DNA of 60,070 bases, taken from the NCBI GenBank assembly GCA_036479435.1, contig JAZGFI010000292.1, positions 1 through 60,070 of the forward strand, given 5' to 3'. Within the stretch, counting starts at the first letter, position 1; the number at the start of each line of letters is the position of its first letter. Positions 55,618-60,070 of the stretch are shown here, piece after piece. Made by a program: the position numbers and the translations under genes. The notes beneath the pieces were generated by a model. It did no database searches, had not been told where the DNA came from, and saw nothing but the letters and a program-made list of their open reading frames with translations. Source of the DNA: Planctomycetota bacterium. Lineage in GTDB: Bacteria; Planctomycetota; GCA-002687715; DRQF01.

Positions 55618-55883
55618 TCCTCGCCCGGTTTGACCAGCGCGATCCAGACGGAGACTTCCACGGAGTATCCATCACCCACCGGGCGTCCCAGGGTCAGCTG
55701 ATAGTGGCACCGCGCGCCATCGGATCCCTGCGGGGAGCAGGTGCACACCGTCAGGCGGGACTTGGCTCCGATGGCGCGCGTCACGGCGCTTAGCCGTGAC
55801 TCGAACGGGCGCGCCATGGCGTAGGCGGGAATCTCAATGGGCCCGTGTACGCCCCAGTGATCGAAGGTAACGCGGGAGCTCAT
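55605..55883 (-). CDS. hypothetical protein
   Basis: GGAGG RBS; ATGA coupling. Confidence 0.5.
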   Translation of the reverse strand: MSSRVTFDHWGVHGPIEIPAYAMARPFESRLSAVTRAIGAKSRLTVCTCSPQGSDGARCHYQLTLGRPVGDGYSVEVSVWIALVKPGEECGP

Positions 55884-56059
55884 GACGACCTCCGGCCGTT
55901 CACATCGTTGGGTTGTTCCTTGAGCCACTCGAGGAGCACCCACCGTGCCTGTTGCGTTATCGATCGGTACTGATCGATCCCCAGCTTGGCGAGTTTCTTC
56001 CACTCCTCATTTGAAATCCGAATACTCAACAGCTTGCCGCGTGCCACTCGCTTGCTCAT
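55880..56059 (-). CDS. Arc-like ribbon-helix-helix regulator
   Basis: LSIRISNEEWKKL.......RSITQQAR; GGAGG RBS. Confidence 0.7.
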   Translation of the reverse strand: MSKRVARGKLLSIRISNEEWKKLAKLGIDQYRSITQQARWVLLEWLKEQPNDVNGRRSS

Positions 56060-56250
56060 GACACCCTCCGCCATGACTCTGCGATGTCGTAGTTCGCCAT
56101 CGCGTGCTGATACCACCAACCCGCCGACTCGGCCCAGTGGGCCACATCGCTCCCATGAGCTGAGTTGGCCCATTGGATTCGCTCCGCCGCAGTTTGAGCC
56201 GCTGCGTGTGCGACGGCCATGTGCCGCCTGGTTTCTGCCTCGGGGCTCAT
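56056..56250 (-). CDS. hypothetical protein
   Basis: AGGAG RBS; ATGA coupling. Confidence 0.55.
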   Translation of the reverse strand: MSPEAETRRHMAVAHAAAQTAAERIQWANSAHGSDVAHWAESAGWWYQHAMANYDIAESWRRVS

Positions 56251-56492
56251 GACAGCTCCTGTCCCGAGAAAACCACCGGGTCAGAGTCGCCGCGCCAGTA
56301 CACGGTGACTTCCTCGGCCTGGCAGATCTCAACGACCTGGAGCGCGATCTCGCGGGCCTCGTCGCGGCTGGGGCAATCCTCGGTCTCGTACCCCTCAAGC
56401 GGGCCGCTGCCGACAACGGGCCCATCCTCGCAGCGCCATGCCCAACCGGGGTTATCCGGGGACGCGTCGTAATACGCGGTGGCGACGATCAT
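56247..56492 (-). CDS. hypothetical protein
   Basis: D.DNPGWAW; ATGA coupling. Confidence 0.55.
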   Translation of the reverse strand: MIVATAYYDASPDNPGWAWRCEDGPVVGSGPLEGYETEDCPSRDEAREIALQVVEICQAEEVTVYWRGDSDPVVFSGQELS

Positions 56493-56674
56493 GACGACGC
56501 CCCCGAGCTCACGAGCTCCCGCTTCACCTCTGCGATGCGCTGGCGCACTTTGCGCGGCACCGGCTCCTCAAAATCCTTGCAGGACCAAACGATATGTTCA
56601 AGCTCGGCGAGCTCGACCTTCAGTTTGCGAATTTGCGCAGTCTCAGTGGCCTCGGAGTCGATGTGGGATGTCAT
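56489..56674 (-). CDS. first gene of the leftward operon, hypothetical
   Basis: AAAGGA RBS downstream of the leftward promoter. Confidence 0.55.
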   Translation of the reverse strand: MTSHIDSEATETAQIRKLKVELAELEHIVWSCKDFEEPVPRKVRQRIAEVKRELVSSGASS

Positions 56675-56747
56675 CTGGCTGTCCTTTCGTCCGTCGCCGC
56701 CCCCGGTCTTCAGCCGTCCGGGGTTGGGTCATCTCGGTTGTAGATCT

Positions 56748-56811
56748 ATAATGCTCATCTGCACCACGGTTGTCAAGTATTGTTTGACAACGCGCAACGA
56801 ATGGGTACCCT
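56748..56811. promoter_or_regulatory. divergent sigma70-type promoters with an overlapping palindromic operator
   Basis: Plus strand: TTGACA (56784) N16 TACCCT (56806). Minus strand: TTGACA (56776-56771) N17 CATTAT. GTTGTCAA-N7-TTGACAAC inverted repeat at 56769-56791. Confidence 0.8.
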
Positions 56812-56817
56812 GAGTGC

Positions 56818-57006
56818 ATGGCTGACAACGAAACACGCACCGTAGCCGTGCGCATGGACATCGATGACCAGGCCCGCTTGTCGCGCTGGAGGAGGCACCT
56901 CGGCCTCAAGAGCGACAGCGATGCGGTCCGCACCGCATTGCGTGCCCTCGAGAGGCACGTGCCAGAGATGGCGCCCTTGGGTAAGGCGACCGGCACCGGG
57001 AGCTAG
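56818..57006 (+). CDS. RHH/CopG-like regulator, probably leaderless
   Basis: TVAVRMD.DD..RL......G.KSDSDAVR.AL. Confidence 0.7.
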   Translation: MADNETRTVAVRMDIDDQARLSRWRRHLGLKSDSDAVRTALRALERHVPEMAPLGKATGTGS

Positions 57007-57007
57007 C

Positions 57008-58030
57008 GTGGATTGGGAGAACGAGCGCTACGTTCGCGCCTACACGCGCGACACAGCCGACCTGTTGGCCATCGGGTGGGAGGGCAGAACCACCTTGTGG
57101 GAGATGCTGCGCAAGGCGGACCGCGCCGGCATCGTGGAGGGCGACATAGAGGTGCTGCCCGAGCTGCTGCGCCTGCCCGCCGAGGTGGTACGGACCGGGC
57201 TGAAGAAGATGCTCCAGCGGGGCGTCGCCGAGCTCGGGATCGTCGAGGGTGCGGACTGTTTCGTGTTGCCCAATTTCATCGAGGCGCAAGAGGCAAAACA
57301 GAGCGACAAGCAGCGCCAGCGGGAGAGCCGCGGACGTCGCCGAGACGCAGCCAGAGGCGTCACGAAGTGTGACAATATGACCCGAGACGAGGCCATCGCC
57401 GCGATTAAGGTCGCCCCGACGCTCGCGCACCCACATGTCACGGAGCGTGACGCGGAGTCACACGATGCGGGCACGGAACGTGACGAGATGTCACACGACC
57501 CCCCCGATCCCCCCCCCGAATCCGAACAAAATGTCACTCCTAGCCTAGCCGTGCCTAGCCTAGCCGTGCCTGATCTTATTCTGTCGAATAGCCCCTCCCG
57601 GGGGGATCAGGTCCCAACCAAGAAAATCCCAGAGGACGTCGCCTCCGTCTGGGAAGCCTTCGAGGTCGCTCGCAAACAGCGCTACCCCGAGAGCCGCAAA
57701 CTCACACCCTCAGGAGCTCGCATGGGCAACATCCGAGCACGGCTCAAGGACTTCGGTCAGGAGCGCGTCATGGCGGCCATGGCCAAGTTCTTCGACAGCC
57801 GATTCCACTGGGCCAGTTGCGACGACGCCAAGAACCCCGAGCTGCTTTTCCGGTCGGTGAGCCAGTTCGAGAAGGTGGAGAACGCATCGCCTTGGAACGG
57901 GTCGGGTCCGGCCCGCGTGAGCCCGTTGGTGCAGCACAGCGGGAAGACCCGCGCCGAGCTCCGGGCTGAAGGCGACCGCGTCCGGCGCGAGAGGCGAGAA
58001 GCGCGCGAGCAGAGGGAGCGGCAAGGATGA
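57008..58030 (+). CDS. phage replication initiator
   Basis: N-terminal winged-helix-like region (LPNFIEAQE), central repeat linker, C-terminal domain; upstream of a DnaC-like gene. Confidence 0.75.
   Translation: MDWENERYVRAYTRDTADLLAIGWEGRTTLWEMLRKADRAGIVEGDIEVLPELLRLPAEVVRTGLKKMLQRGVAELGIVEGADCFVLPNFIEAQEAKQSDKQRQRESRGRRRDAARGVTKCDNMTRDEAIAAIKVAPTLAHPHVTERDAESHDAGTERDEMSHDPPDPPPESEQNVTPSLAVPSLAVPDLILSNSPSRGDQVPTKKIPEDVASVWEAFEVARKQRYPESRKLTPSGARMGNIRARLKDFGQERVMAAMAKFFDSRFHWASCDDAKNPELLFRSVSQFEKVENASPWNGSGPARVSPLVQHSGKTRAELRAEGDRVRRERREAREQRERQG
57359..57571. promoter_or_regulatory. putative replication origin iterons within the initiator gene
   Basis: G(T/G)CACG-N3-(C/T)GTGAC palindromes at 57359, 57437 and 57470; GTCACACGA x2; CCTAGCCTAGCCGTG x2 at 57539-57568. 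Confidence 0.65.
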
Positions 58031-58698
58031 TGACGCTCGCCGAGCTCATCGGGAAGATTCGGCTGGCACCGCACCACAGCCCGGAGGCCGTGCGGCGACG
58101 CGAGCGCGAGGACCGTGCCGACGATGTGCGTGACGGGTGGCTTGAGGACGCTCGCTGGCTACCGCGAGCCCCCTACGCCCGGCTCACCAACCCGGGGTGG
58201 TTGCGAGTAGCCGACCCCCGCATCGTCGCCGCAGTCAAGGTCTGGAACCCACGCCTCCAAGGGTTGGCTCTCTTCGGCCCCACGGGCACCGGGAAGACCT
58301 CGGGTGTGCTCGCCGGGCTGCGCGGTGCCATGGCGGCTTCGCGGGCTGACATCCTCGCTGGGCGCGAGCATCGGCTACCTAGGTTCGCGTGGGTCAAGGA
58401 GGTCGACTTGCTGAAACTGGAGAAGCAACACCCGCTGGGGCGCGGGGCTTCGCCGCGTTTGCGGTTGCTCCACCGTGTGCGACACCTGATCGTAGATGAG
58501 GTCGGGCCGGGCCACGGTCACCCCAAGGCGCTCTTCGAGCTCATCGACCAGCGCTACGACAACGGGCAGCTGCCCACGACAATCACATGTGGGCATACGC
58601 CCGACGTGTTGGTGAGCCGATACGGTGACGCGCTCTACAGGCGGCTGAGCCACATGGCTGACGAACTCGACTTGTTCACGACCGAAGGGGAACCATGA
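58027..58698 (+). CDS. DnaC/IstB-like AAA+ helicase loader
   Basis: GPTGTGKT, LIVDEVG, LFELIDQRY, PT.IT, YGDA..RRL. Confidence 0.88.
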   Translation: MMTLAELIGKIRLAPHHSPEAVRRREREDRADDVRDGWLEDARWLPRAPYARLTNPGWLRVADPRIVAAVKVWNPRLQGLALFGPTGTGKTSGVLAGLRGAMAASRADILAGREHRLPRFAWVKEVDLLKLEKQHPLGRGASPRLRLLHRVRHLIVDEVGPGHGHPKALFELIDQRYDNGQLPTTITCGHTPDVLVSRYGDALYRRLSHMADELDLFTTEGEP

Positions 58699-58859
58699 AG
58701 TGGCAAAACGCAAAACTGATCGCGCTCGACACCGAGACCACGGGCCTAGGCGAGGAGGCTCGCATCGTGGAGGTGGGCGCCTTCATGTGGGATGGCGGGC
58801 TCGAGACCGGGACCCGGTTCGGGCAGCTCGTAAACCCGCAGCAGGGACAGGTGGGCTGA
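58695..58859 (+). pseudogene. truncated DEDDh (DnaQ-like) 3'-5' exonuclease fragment, 54 aa
   Basis: ALDTETTGL...RIVEVG...F..LVNP (ExoI motif only), then stop. Confidence 0.75.
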
Positions 58860-59818
58860 TGGGTGAGCACTCGAGCATAGAATGGTGCGACGCAACGTTC
58901 AACGCGTGGGAAGGATGCGAGAAGGTCTCGCCTGCGTGCAAGAACTGCTACGCGGAGACGCGCGCCATCCGGTGGGGACACAGCTCGGGAGGGAAGCATC
59001 TCCCGCTATGGGGGCCAGGGTCGGTCCGGAAGTTCCGCTCCGATGCGTACTGGCGCGAGCCGCTCAAGTGGAACCGTGATGCCGCGCGTGCCGGCGGACG
59101 GCACCGCGTATTTTGCATGTCGCTCGGGGACGTCTTCGAAGTGTTGCCGGACGATCACCCTGATGCAGTGGCGATGGATAGAGCGCGTCAGCGTCTCTGG
59201 AACCTCATCGAGCGCACGGCGAACCTTGACTGGCTGCTCCTCACGAAGCGCCCGGAGAACCTGTGTCTAGCCGGGGCGATGGGCGTCCCGCTACCAAGCA
59301 ACGTTTGGCTCGGCACCACCGTCGAGAACCAAGAGACGGCCGACGAGCGCATTCCGCATCTGCTGCGTGTGCCTGCCCGCGTGCGTTTCCTCAGCTGTGA
59401 GCCGCTGCTCGCGCCAGTGCGTCTCGATGCGATGCTGCTGGAGAACGACGCGTGTGGCGAGTGCGCTGGCGATATCGAGTATGACGCATTCACCGCGAGC
59501 GCTAGCTGTGGATGTACAGTGGAGGGCCCGGAGCCAATTGACTGGCATCGGCTTGACTGGGTGATCGCAGGCGGTGAGACCGGCCCCAGCGCGCGCCCGT
59601 CGCACCCCGACTGGTTCCGCTCGCTGCGTGACCAGTGCGCCGCGGCTGACGTGCCGTTCTTCTTCAAGCAGTGGGGCGAGCACAAGCCGGAGTACCGTCG
59701 CGACCCGAAGGCGTTTGGTCTGCCGCTCGTGGAACGAATGGTTCGCGTCGGCAAGAAGGCCGCCGGGTGCGAGCTCGACGGCGACACGTGGAAGCAGTTC
59801 CCGCAGGTGACGCTATGA
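58859..59818 (+). CDS. phage Gp37/Gp68 family protein (DUF5131)
   Basis: SSIEWCDATFN.W.GC.KVSP.CKNCYAE; LLLTKRPEN; RFLSCEPLL; DWVIAGGETG..ARP; FFFKQWG. Confidence 0.93.
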   Translation: MGEHSSIEWCDATFNAWEGCEKVSPACKNCYAETRAIRWGHSSGGKHLPLWGPGSVRKFRSDAYWREPLKWNRDAARAGGRHRVFCMSLGDVFEVLPDDHPDAVAMDRARQRLWNLIERTANLDWLLLTKRPENLCLAGAMGVPLPSNVWLGTTVENQETADERIPHLLRVPARVRFLSCEPLLAPVRLDAMLLENDACGECAGDIEYDAFTASASCGCTVEGPEPIDWHRLDWVIAGGETGPSARPSHPDWFRSLRDQCAAADVPFFFKQWGEHKPEYRRDPKAFGLPLVERMVRVGKKAAGCELDGDTWKQFPQVTL

Positions 59819-60070
59819 GGTGGGCCCAGCAAAAACGGTGCGACGAGCTCGAGCCGGAAACAGGAGCGCAGTGCGAGCTCCGAGATGACCACACGGGGCC
59901 GCACAAGGTTGATCGGCGCGAAGGGCACGGCAACCCATGGGAGCATGACCAGTGCCCCCACTTTGGTGGACCATACGACCGTCGATGCCAGCTGATTCGC
60001 GGCCACGACGAGCCCCACGACTGCCTTCCCGACGACCCCGCAGAGCTGCGGAAGCTGATGAACGTCTTCG
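59815..60070 (+). CDS. 5' part of junction-spanning Cys/His-motif protein (continues to 354)
   Basis: ATGA coupling; CELRDDHTGPH and CQLIRGHDEPH. Confidence 0.7.
   Translation, partial: MRWAQQKRCDELEPETGAQCELRDDHTGPHKVDRREGHGNPWEHDQCPHFGGPYDRRCQLIRGHDEPHDCLPDDPAELRKLMNVF
59944..60070. repeat. 127-bp terminal direct repeat (copy 2)
   Basis: Identical to 1-127. Confidence 0.95.

Larger units (their letters stand above)
1..60070. mobile_element. Complete circular phage genome, myovirus with Mu-like morphogenesis and lambdoid-type replication
   Basis: Terminase, portal, capsid, sheath, baseplate, lysis and replication genes all present; terminal overlap; no host housekeeping genes. Confidence 0.93.

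Noticed and set aside
58027..58698. IS21 element (IstB) or Mu transposition module
   Set aside because: No IstA/MuA transposase or terminal inverted repeats; context next to the initiator indicates a helicase loader

Overview
The window is an apparently complete, circular, high-GC tailed phage genome of about 59,943 bp. Bases 1-127 are repeated exactly at 59944-60070, and one ORF reads in frame across that junction. The virion module is a Mu-like myovirus set: DUF935-type portal fused to a Mu-gpF-like domain, gpI/gpZ-like protease/scaffold, capsid, gp36, gpG, sheath, tube, frameshifted chaperone, tape measure, gp43-gp48-like baseplate and several fibre proteins. I found no transposase, integrase or partition gene. 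Replication looks lambdoid: an initiator containing iterons plus a DnaC/IstB-like loader. A divergent promoter pair at about 56.75-56.81 kb splits a leftward early operon (RHH protein, pentapeptide-repeat protein, RecE-like nuclease, DnaA-C-like HTH) from a rightward operon that runs through replication, about 30 small accessory genes, packaging, morphogenesis and lysis. The most notable signals beyond gene calls are these. (1) A ~115-nt four-way-junction candidate ncRNA with its own -10 box sits directly upstream of terL. (2) Eleven genes have a TANNNT-N5/6-start leaderless architecture. (3) A two-hairpin RBS-sequestering leader recurs on inserted genes. (4) A Pro-rich 3x31-aa protein follows the spike gene. 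(5) There is a possible strong-gyrase-site-like intergenic element. (6) The endolysin has three domains, with an unassigned N-terminal domain. The host is probably a diderm high-GC bacterium, possibly Myxococcota (inference only). All family calls come from motif recognition by eye; no database searches were run.
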